DNA of 64,000 nt from a virus, in the IMG/VR virus record IMGVR_UViG_3300032050_000075, positions 16,960 through 80,959 of that record. One strand, written 5' to 3'. Position 1 is the first letter of the stretch. Each line of letters starts with the position of its first letter. Both the position numbers and the translations under genes were made by a program. Positions 28,280-37,600 of this stretch are shown in pieces. The notes under the pieces are model-generated. The model made no database searches. It saw only the letters and a program-made list of their open reading frames with translations, and was not told the DNA's origin.

Positions 28280-31096
28280 TTATCGTGTATAACCTACTGT
28301 ATATGCAAATGGAACTAGTCCTCCTTTTTTATAACCCTGTCCATCGGTATAGTAATTACCAGGTCCAGGATTTTGCACAAACATATCATTAGGTATCGCA
28401 TTAGAATAGGCATTATAGAAATTCTGTTGCGCTGAATATTGTTGTGGCTTTAATCTAGAATTTGCGTTCCAAATTGCTACAGCAGATTCCTCAGAAATAT
28501 CAGGATGCTGATTTTTCCATTGAACAAAGGCATTAGCATTTTGTGTCATTGCAGATGCCTGTCCAGCATTCTCGTCTGCCATCATCGGCATACCAGATCT
28601 GAAGTTCATAAATCCGCCTGTAGATGGGTCAACAATATAATTTGGATAGAGTTGATTCAATACCTGTGCCTGTGCACGATTAGTAACTGCATCAATATAT
28701 GCTTGACGCAGGTTACCTCTTGCCATGCGCTTGGCATTATCATAATTCTGATTAAGAGTATTAAACTCATCAACATACTGTTTTGTAAACTGCTGATTCT
28801 TGATGGTGGCCTCATTTAGAATATCAGTCTTCTTATAAGCAAACTCATTAGATACACCAACATTTAAGTTATTATATCTACCCATTGTGTTGGCAATACT
28901 TTCAGCAGCAGTTCCTTGTATGGCAGCCAAACGTGCTCCCATTGACTGTGCAGATGTACCCATACCTCTAGCTACATCAGCAGCCATTCCAGCCGTTTCC
29001 TGAATAGCAGCAATCTCTCTTGATGGATCATAGAATGTAGGCTGTGGAACGTACGGGGTATATGTAGGTTTGTAAGGCTTATACCTCTTAATGCTATACA
29101 GATCTTGAAGTGCGCCAGATGTTTTAATAATATCCTGTAACCACCAAGGCGAATAACTACCTGATCTTGTATATTTAGGAGATTCGCCACGGACAACATC
29201 TTTAATTTCTTCTTCAGTTGTTACTTCCTCATCAGAAATTTGGGTAATTGGTTTATCATAGGTAAAGGCATCAGCATGTTCAAGGCCTAGTTTTTTATCT
29301 GACCCAAGACTTGGTCTAAAGTCCTCATCTGCAAAATAGGATTCTACAGCATCTGCAAAACCAAGACTAGAGTATTCCTTACCATCACGATCCTTTATTA
29401 CTCTTTTAGGGTCAAGCTTTGCTACTTTTCTACCTGAGATAAAATCTTTACTGTAAAGCTTTTCTGGATTTTCTATGTTAGCTGCAATATGTGGATCTGA
29501 AATATCAAATCCTAGATTGTACAGCATTTCTTTTCTATTCTTTCTTTTCTCGTCGTTAGTAACAACATTTGGATTATTCCAGTCAGCTCCCGTCTTATCT
29601 TGATTCTTAGCTTTCCAGAAACGGTACTCATAAAAATCAGAGTCAGTATATCCGTAGAATCCAGAGTCACCAGAGCCTTGTAATGAGACATTTAGTTCAG
29701 GAGTACCTACACCAATTTGTCCATTAGCCTTACCTACAGAAAAGAAGTCAGTTAAGAATTCTTTCTCCTCTGTATTTAGTTTACTCTTTGCTGAATCCTT
29801 AATTTCCCATCCAGGATTTCTTGTCTCATTCCCTACTTTAAATGGTTTATCATGATATACAGCTGCTTTTTGATTCTCAAGTTTATTAAGAATTTCTAAT
29901 GCTTTGCCTTTATTTTGTTCAAACTGTGCAGGATCAATTTGCTGTCCTGACTTAGTCGCCCTAATAGGTTTATTAATATCATATCCGCCTATTTGGTAAT
30001 ACTTACCATCTGTTTCTAAATAGATATCACCAGTACTAACTGCTTTATCTTTAGGTACTACTTTAGTGGGGTCAATATTAGTTGTCTTCTTAGTCGTAAC
30101 CCGGTATCTTTTACCATCACGTTCAATTATTCTTTCTCCCTCTTTAGTAGTAGGAAGATTATTTTGTCCGTAGAATGCTGAATCAAAACTCTTAACACGG
30201 ATACCTCTACCATCTACATAGTAAGGATTACCATTTGAATCTTGTCTATAGAATATTCCCGTAGATGGATCTGGTTTTTCTTCTTTGGTTACTGTGCTTT
30301 CAGATACTACTTGAGTAAGTAAATCTGTATAAAGCTGAACTAAGTAATTTCTTTCTGCATCTCTTCTTGCTCTTCTTTCTGCTTTTCTAATTTGTCTATT
30401 AGACGGCAAAGAATTTAATTCTGCTTCTTGTTCAGGAGTTACTTGTCCACCAACCTGATATGTAGACATACTTCCACCATATCTAGCCATTGGCATCTGA
30501 CCTCCACCAGCTGACTGTAAATCAGTTGGTAAAATCATTGCAGGATCTATGTTATACTTTGCCAAGTATGGCATAGCAACTAAAGGAATTCCTCCTGGGA
30601 ATCCTTTCATAGATTCTTGAATCAGTGCTAGTTTTCCAAGCTTAATCTGAAAGTTTGCAATGTTTAGTTCAGCAGTTTGAATCTGTAACTTATCCGAATC
30701 TGGATCTTGCAGAATTCTTCTAAACTTATTTATATCATACTTCTTAGCAATCTCAGCAGGAGTGTATCCTTTATTGCTTGCTGGCATTCCAAATTCCTTC
30801 AGAAGATCTGCATCCTTAATCCTCATACTCTTTGTATCACTAAATACAAAAGAGTCTGGAGGTATATTCATCGGTACACCACCCTCATAGTGTCTTGGAC
30901 CGTGAATTCTATAATGTGCTGGCAATCCTTCTTTATCTGGAAGGAATACAGTTTCACCACCTTCTGTCTCAACATTAGCCATAGACCTGTCTACAGGTCC
31001 TAATGATTGGCGTACAGATAACGGCTTTTTAGCTAATGAGTTTGGGATATATGTTGGGGCCATTTGATAGGCCTGTACAAAGCTTTTATTATACAT
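28280..31096 (-). CDS. internal virion (cargo) protein (938 aa)
   Basis: N-terminal ANVETEGGET...GPRHYEGGVPMN...FVFSD domain recalled from crAss-like structural/cargo proteins; ARYGG, YQVGG, YKKGG motifs. Confidence 0.65.
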   Translation of the reverse strand: MYNKSFVQAYQMAPTYIPNSLAKKPLSVRQSLGPVDRSMANVETEGGETVFLPDKEGLPAHYRIHGPRHYEGGVPMNIPPDSFVFSDTKSMRIKDADLLKEFGMPASNKGYTPAEIAKKYDINKFRRILQDPDSDKLQIQTAELNIANFQIKLGKLALIQESMKGFPGGIPLVAMPYLAKYNIDPAMILPTDLQSAGGGQMPMARYGGSMSTYQVGGQVTPEQEAELNSLPSNRQIRKAERRARRDAERNYLVQLYTDLLTQVVSESTVTKEEKPDPSTGIFYRQDSNGNPYYVDGRGIRVKSFDSAFYGQNNLPTTKEGERIIERDGKRYRVTTKKTTNIDPTKVVPKDKAVSTGDIYLETDGKYYQIGGYDINKPIRATKSGQQIDPAQFEQNKGKALEILNKLENQKAAVYHDKPFKVGNETRNPGWEIKDSAKSKLNTEEKEFLTDFFSVGKANGQIGVGTPELNVSLQGSGDSGFYGYTDSDFYEYRFWKAKNQDKTGADWNNPNVVTNDEKRKNRKEMLYNLGFDISDPHIAANIENPEKLYSKDFISGRKVAKLDPKRVIKDRDGKEYSSLGFADAVESYFADEDFRPSLGSDKKLGLEHADAFTYDKPITQISDEEVTTEEEIKDVVRGESPKYTRSGSYSPWWLQDIIKTSGALQDLYSIKRYKPYKPTYTPYVPQPTFYDPSREIAAIQETAGMAADVARGMGTSAQSMGARLAAIQGTAAESIANTMGRYNNLNVGVSNEFAYKKTDILNEATIKNQQFTKQYVDEFNTLNQNYDNAKRMARGNLRQAYIDAVTNRAQAQVLNQLYPNYIVDPSTGGFMNFRSGMPMMADENAGQASAMTQNANAFVQWKNQHPDISEESAVAIWNANSRLKPQQYSAQQNFYNAYSNAIPNDMFVQNPGPGNYYTDGQGYKKGGLVPFAYTVGYTR

Positions 31097-31105
31097 AGTA
31101 CAAAA

Positions 31106-33022
31106 TTACTTTTTACCTTTAGTTTTCTTAAGCATCTGAGGTGTCAGAAAAAACAAATCTGCAGTATCATACATCATCATACCACCATATTGTGCCCCTG
31201 TATATCCTACAGGAACCATTTGATCTGGCGCAGAATCAGCACCTGCTGGATTATTAAATGCGGTCCAACCACTATATTGACCTACATTATTTGCCCATTG
31301 GTCAGGACGCATACTTATACGCTCAAATTTCTTCTGATTTGGAGCCTCAAACATGCTATTTATAACATTAGTTCCTAAATCAACCTTAGGCATAAAATTA
31401 GGATCAAAGTTTTTAACTCTACTTACATCATATCCTACTTCAAATTCTCCTTGATCTGCTGGTTCAGCAGCTTTGGATGGATCAATGTATTGAGATTTAC
31501 CTTCTGCATTAAGCTTGTAGTTATCCATGTTAACCATGTCTAATGTTTTCTGCCAAGGTGCTTGAAATCCAGTTTGGCTAGGTCCTGTCATACCTTGATA
31601 CATTGGCAATACATATGGTCCTCCCATTCTGAATGGAAGGTTATCTTCGCCATCAGAGAATTCACCAGAAAATCTAGTATCTAGATTTTGCTTAGGTGCG
31701 GTTTGATTATCTATATAGGGTTGATTTACAACAGGCTTCTTCATTGCAGCTTTTTTCTTAGCTACATTAGGATCCATTGAGTTAGTATTAGAAGGTGCTT
31801 GACTAGTCCCAGAGTTTCTACCAACCTGCATAGCATCCCAATCCTGCATTGCTCCTATTCTATATTTTGCATATTCAACTTCTTTAGGATCATTAGAATT
31901 TAATTGCTGAAGCAATCTTTCTCTTTGGGTCATGTTTGTCCCAATAAACTTTTCATCTAAATCAGGATACTTACTATTTGTAATATAATCAGCATCAGGA
32001 CTCATAGACGAGGCAGCAGTTCTAGCAGCAGCTTGTTGTGCAGCAACTTGTGCATTAACACTAGGTGCATTATCAGGACCAAATAGATACTCATTCATGT
32101 ATGGCCCATATGGACTCATTCCTTGAGTACCTGGTGCTGTTTGCTGATTCTGAGCTGGAGCAGGAGTAGTAGTTGTTGCTGGTTGACCTGGTACCGTTGG
32201 ATCAAACCCTTTTTGACCAGGCATTAGATAAGGGGTACCCTTAAATTCTTGTTGGCCAGGTTGATTCTTAAATTTAATATTTACCTTTTTAATTCTATTT
32301 TTAGGGAGTATAGCCGCTCTTGTTTCATAGGAAATATCAGCAATATTAGCTGCGCCTGTTTTAATAGCTTCTAATTGTTCTGGAGTAAGATCTCCAAGTC
32401 CTTTTCCTTTTTGTTCTCTAATATTTCTCCAACTGGTTTTATTATTTGGAATATAGAAGTTAAAAGGTTGGTTTCCACCGAATTGACCAACGGCTAATTG
32501 CTTCATATCACTTGATGAATCGTCTTCACTATTCATGATACCAGCCATTATGTTCTTATACGCAGTTTGACGAAGTTTGTCAAAAAAGTCATTTGTCTTT
32601 TGCGTATAGAACGTCTGATCCTTTCCTGGTTCCTGCATCGATGATCCACCGTTCTGCATAGCATAAAAAGCAGAACCTCCTACAGGACCCTGTGGATATA
32701 ATTTAGCTTGAGGATATGCCTCCATATAACTACCACCTACAGCATAAGCATTATTACTGTTACTATAGACAGGGCTAAAGAACTGTGCTTCAGTCTGGAT
32801 TTGTGGATATACAGGTCCTCCATAAGCATGAATGGTCGGAGGCACAGGTACGCCGTAACTAAAGAAGTTATTGGCAGTTGCTATTTGAGGAAATGCTTCA
32901 GGTAAACCTCCCATTTTCATTTTATAGGCGGGATAAGCATTAGTAAATGCTTCTTCTGTAGGATACATTCTATAGAATTCATCCTCAGTAAAACCTGTAA
33001 GTTTTAGAATTTCTTTTTTCAT
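31106..33022 (-). CDS. low-complexity putative virion cargo protein (638 aa) with repeated xxGG motifs
   Basis: MKMGG, HAYGG, YAVGG, MQNGG, GQFGG, FRMGG, AQYGG; Q/P/A-rich. Confidence 0.65.
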   Translation of the reverse strand: MKKEILKLTGFTEDEFYRMYPTEEAFTNAYPAYKMKMGGLPEAFPQIATANNFFSYGVPVPPTIHAYGGPVYPQIQTEAQFFSPVYSNSNNAYAVGGSYMEAYPQAKLYPQGPVGGSAFYAMQNGGSSMQEPGKDQTFYTQKTNDFFDKLRQTAYKNIMAGIMNSEDDSSSDMKQLAVGQFGGNQPFNFYIPNNKTSWRNIREQKGKGLGDLTPEQLEAIKTGAANIADISYETRAAILPKNRIKKVNIKFKNQPGQQEFKGTPYLMPGQKGFDPTVPGQPATTTTPAPAQNQQTAPGTQGMSPYGPYMNEYLFGPDNAPSVNAQVAAQQAAARTAASSMSPDADYITNSKYPDLDEKFIGTNMTQRERLLQQLNSNDPKEVEYAKYRIGAMQDWDAMQVGRNSGTSQAPSNTNSMDPNVAKKKAAMKKPVVNQPYIDNQTAPKQNLDTRFSGEFSDGEDNLPFRMGGPYVLPMYQGMTGPSQTGFQAPWQKTLDMVNMDNYKLNAEGKSQYIDPSKAAEPADQGEFEVGYDVSRVKNFDPNFMPKVDLGTNVINSMFEAPNQKKFERISMRPDQWANNVGQYSGWTAFNNPAGADSAPDQMVPVGYTGAQYGGMMMYDTADLFFLTPQMLKKTKGKK

Positions 33023-33063
33023 GAAATTTATTTGTAATTATCCAACTACCATATGCCTTTTGA

Positions 33064-33071
33064 CAAAGATA
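33064..33071 (-). promoter_or_regulatory. Bacteroidota -7 promoter element TATCTTTG
   Basis: Exact TAnnTTTG on the minus strand in the gap upstream of ORF 33022; no clear -33 TTTG. Confidence 0.35.
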
Positions 33072-33099
33072 AGTCTTTATACTTAATATAGTTATAATC

Positions 33100-34683
33100 T
33101 TAATAGTTATCTAACCATCCACCTTGTTTTTTTACTGGAATTGTTGGGTCAAAAAACTTTGGAATAGGTCTATCATAATCTAGCCCATGCATTCTTTTAT
33201 TATAACCCCTCCAATAATTTGCTTCATTTCCCCATCTACCGCTAAGTTCATCCATTAAATACATCTGTTCTTGCTTGTCAAGTTCAGGATATTTTTTTAG
33301 GTATGGTGCATTTGCTGTAGAATTAGGCTGAGGCTTTGGCTTAGTAGAATTAATTATTTGTTCTGTTCCCCTTCTTAATGCCTTTCTTATTTCTGCTAAC
33401 TCGGTGTCCTTGTTATCTGGTCGATACTGCATTAATTCTACAACTGGCTTAGCCGAACCAAGTAATGCGTAATCTATTGGACCTAGAGTAGATTGAATAG
33501 CACCGGAAGGCAATTGCCTACTATTTCTTACTGCTTCCTGTAATTTTTGTTCTTGGAGCAGCTGTGCATTTTTTACAGTAGGGCCAATCTCTGGATTGTA
33601 TCCTGGCAGATTAGCTTTTACCTGAGTTCCTTCTTGATACTTATCTAGCCAACCACCATATCTAAAGTTAGGTGCAGGTACTACCTTAGGTGCCTGTTTA
33701 TATATATCCTCTTCTTTAATCTTAGATAGAACTGCTGCTGTATTACTTGGAGGCATATATGTCATAGGCATAAGACCTGTATTCGGCATTTCAAGTCTAG
33801 CCTCTCTATATGGTGTAGGTTCTACTTTAGGCTTTTCTTTATATACTGGTTTAATTGGTAGGTCAATAGCTTTAATTTTTTTTGCTTCTTTCGTAACCCA
33901 AGGATAATCCTCTCTTTCCCAACCATATGCTTTTTCATTTTCTCTGGCCAGTGCAACAGCAGCATCATATGTGCTCTTTCTGTATCTATCAGGAAGACTA
34001 TTCCAAGCATTTGCGTTTTGTAAATATTCCTGATATACTTTATTATAAGATTGATTAGCTTTTTTAAACTCTAATGGATCATCATAGTATTTTACCTGCT
34101 GACCTTTCTGAGCTTTATCTAACCAATTAGGTCTAGATAGATCTGGTATAGATATATCTCCGCCGTTTGCATAATTTGGATACCTTAAAAATCCTTCTTT
34201 GTTTTCTATAGGAAACCCTAGTTTATTAACTTCTGGATTTAAACTATACTGTAAAAACTCTTTCCAGGATGTAGGATACCTTTTAGCCTTTAGCCATTCT
34301 CCTGTTTCATAATCTATAGATGGTAGATGCCCAAACTCATCCTCATTGTATAGTTCTTTGGCCCTATTAATATTATATCTCTCATCTTTAAACAGTGCAG
34401 AAGTTCCTTCGTACGGAAAACTATCTTCTGGCAATTCCTCTGCAGATACAATAGATTCTTTTATTTGCTTACCATATTGTGCCATTGGTATTTCATATAC
34501 CATTTTTCCAGGAAACTGATAGTTACCTCCGGGCTGCATTATAATTGGAGGTTGACCAGGTACATATCCCATTACAGGATATGGTACACCTTGCATTGTT
34601 ATTCTACCATCTTCTGTTGGAACTGCAGTAGGCTGTCCTGGATACTTCCATTGTCCGTACTTGCTTACTTTAAACTTTGCCAT
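33100..34683 (-). CDS. putative virion cargo protein (527 aa) with GGWLDKY-type repeats
   Basis: YANGG..NWLDKAQ, FRYGGWLDKY, KKQGGWLDNY; N-terminal ITMQGVPYPV...MQPGGNYQFPG..VYEIPMAQ domain. Confidence 0.65.
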   Translation of the reverse strand: MAKFKVSKYGQWKYPGQPTAVPTEDGRITMQGVPYPVMGYVPGQPPIIMQPGGNYQFPGKMVYEIPMAQYGKQIKESIVSAEELPEDSFPYEGTSALFKDERYNINRAKELYNEDEFGHLPSIDYETGEWLKAKRYPTSWKEFLQYSLNPEVNKLGFPIENKEGFLRYPNYANGGDISIPDLSRPNWLDKAQKGQQVKYYDDPLEFKKANQSYNKVYQEYLQNANAWNSLPDRYRKSTYDAAVALARENEKAYGWEREDYPWVTKEAKKIKAIDLPIKPVYKEKPKVEPTPYREARLEMPNTGLMPMTYMPPSNTAAVLSKIKEEDIYKQAPKVVPAPNFRYGGWLDKYQEGTQVKANLPGYNPEIGPTVKNAQLLQEQKLQEAVRNSRQLPSGAIQSTLGPIDYALLGSAKPVVELMQYRPDNKDTELAEIRKALRRGTEQIINSTKPKPQPNSTANAPYLKKYPELDKQEQMYLMDELSGRWGNEANYWRGYNKRMHGLDYDRPIPKFFDPTIPVKKQGGWLDNY

Positions 34684-37600
34684 TATCTCGGAGAATTTAG
34701 AAGCTTGTTGTTGATTACTTTGAGTAGCATTTTTACGTTGCCTGATATCTTCTTAGTCAGCACTACGTGATTTAAGTAATGTCTAAACTTTTTACGCTGG
34801 AATGCTGGTTTAGCATAATTCAGATTATTAGGATTTAGAACTCTTATATAACCATTAAGCTCTGTATCCCAGATTGATTGCTGTACAAGTGTACCAGCAA
34901 AGAATTCTCCTCTGTCATTCGTAATGTCCCAGAACTGATTAAATCTAATCTTCTGCTCTTCCTTAGAGTAAAGGATATCTATATTAGATAGATTTACTTT
35001 TGGGAATCCTAAAATCATTGGTGCATTATTCTTAGGAGTTGCATTTAGCCTAAGTACACCAGATGTCTGCTCTGTATTGTAAACAATAGCCTCATCAAAG
35101 TTATGATCTAATACTTGGAATCTGTCAATGCCATCTCTATCGTATACATACGATTCAAGTAAGTATTCTACGCTTCTTGTTGTATTAACTGTTTGACCTG
35201 TAGATGATACATAATCAATCTCCCAAGGATATTCAATTCCATAAAAACGGCAGAAAGTACTGCTTGTAAAATTAGCATGCTTCCAAATAAAACTATCATA
35301 ACCAGCATACTTATAGGTAAGGAATCCTCTTGAACTAGCCATCACATAATCAGGATGCCAATCATGGAATGATAACCAAGATTTTGTTTTAGTATCAAAA
35401 CTTACTGTCCATGACACGTCATCAAAATATCTTAAATCTCTTACAGTAGTTCTTACATTAAGATTAAAACCACGGATTGATATCTGACCATCTCCTAAAT
35501 AACGTACCCCACCTTCATATTCAGGTTTAATTTTAAAATCCCGCTTAGAGAAATAAAGTACTCCATTGTCATTATCATATACAACTTGACATGCAATACC
35601 TAGTGTTGGATTACCTATCAAATCAAAATCTGGTATTCTATCTAATAAAAAGTATTTTAGGTACTTAGAGAACCACCATTTCATACCCATATCGGATATT
35701 GCCATAAGGCCATCAGCTACAGTAAATATCTTACCCTGTGCAGCGCTCATCCAGTAAATACCTGCTGGAGTATTGACAACGCTTAGTCTATCTTGACATG
35801 ATCCATGTAAGAACTGAGCATCAGCATTATTTAATGTTTGTAATGGCTGACTAAATAATCCTCCATCACCAATGGTAATTTTAGTTCCAGCAACAGTTTG
35901 AAGTTGGTCTACAGCATTAAATAACAGCGGAGTAGAATTCTCAAATAATATGATTGCCCCGTTCTTATTGATTGATTTAAAGGCAGTTACACGATCTGAA
36001 AAGTCATTATAGTTATTTACAAGATAAACTCTCCAGTAATCTTTCTTATCCTCTTTAGTCTGGGGTAAGGAGTATATTACCCTATTAGGGAAATAAGTAA
36101 AGCATGTTTCGGCTACCTCTGGATTATAGGATCTGTCTTGCAGATTTCCCCAAGATATATAACTATTGTAAATCTTAGAAAGACCAAGAGAAATATCATA
36201 TTTATAGTAGTTTCCAAACTTAATAATATCTGTATCGAATAGCTCCCTTAGGTTGCTATAACCATAAGGGTCATATATGCGTTCTTGTTTTATTTCTCCC
36301 CAGTCCCTTAAATCAACGTTGTATTCTGATTCTACAAAGAAATCTCTTACTCCTGATTGAAATAAATACATGTAACTATTTCTTACCCCAAATCTAAACG
36401 TTAGAGTAACAGGCAAGTCTAAACCAAATATAGAAAGACCATCCGTATCTAAATTATACTTTGATGAGGGTAATAATAACGATAAGGAATCTATAAATCC
36501 AGTAGCGTCATCATCATCAAATATATTTTCAAAAACCTCTCCAAATCCTTGAAATAAATCCGATCCATCAAATTTGGTAAAATCAGCATAAAATCTTGGG
36601 TAATTGATCATATATCTGGTAGTATAATCAATCTCAGTCCCATCAGTAACATTGTATAACCAATCAAAGAAATAAAAGAAAGTATTCTTTTCTGTGTATC
36701 TTCCAATATAAACATCACCTCCTAATATTACAGATGTAGATCTCACCACTACTCTAGCACCAGTCGCATCAGCAAAAAATGATGGTATTTCTTGTCCATT
36801 AGAAAAAACATTTACCGAACAACCTGTTGGAATTTGTTTTGGTGAATCTATCTGACCGTATTGATTTCTATATCTTACTTTTAATCCAGCATAATAACAC
36901 GAACTTGTTGTTCTAAAATATCCTGAGCTTGGATCTTTATATGTAATACCATAGTTTTTGACATAGTCGGAAGTCTCGCCTAATGTTATTACTGTTCCAA
37001 TTGTTTGTACAGATGCATCAACTAATAATGGATTCTGTACATTAAATGGTCCAACTTGCAATCCTATGCATTGGGATCTATATAAATTATTTACTTCTTT
37101 ATCACCAAGAACACTAAATTGATTTTCTAAATAAGTAGAATCAGAAATCGATCTACGGGTATTTCCTAGTTTTACATTACCTGGTTTTATTACAGCAAGA
37201 TCAATATGAGAAATTGATCTATAGACATAGTCTCTATAGGGCACTATGGCCCTTACTAAATCTAATACTGCGCTAGTACTTGACCCCCAGTAAAATGCAA
37301 ATGTTGGGATAGACCCAAGAAGTTGTAAAGCCTGAGGTAAATGCTTAAAATCTGAAGATGTAAGTTCTACCGATTGGCTACCTCCTCCAATAAATGCACC
37401 TGGAAGTGAGGCAGTTAGATATGTACCATATGCAGCATCTTCTCCAAAAATGTTACTTGCAAAATTAGCAAAGGTGTTATATGTTTGTGAATATGCTGTA
37501 AAGGCTCCTGGGGCATTAGCTTCTATTTTTCTTACATTATCACCCCGCATGGCCCTGGCTGCGTAAGCCATACCTACTATTGTTGATATTAGATATGCAA

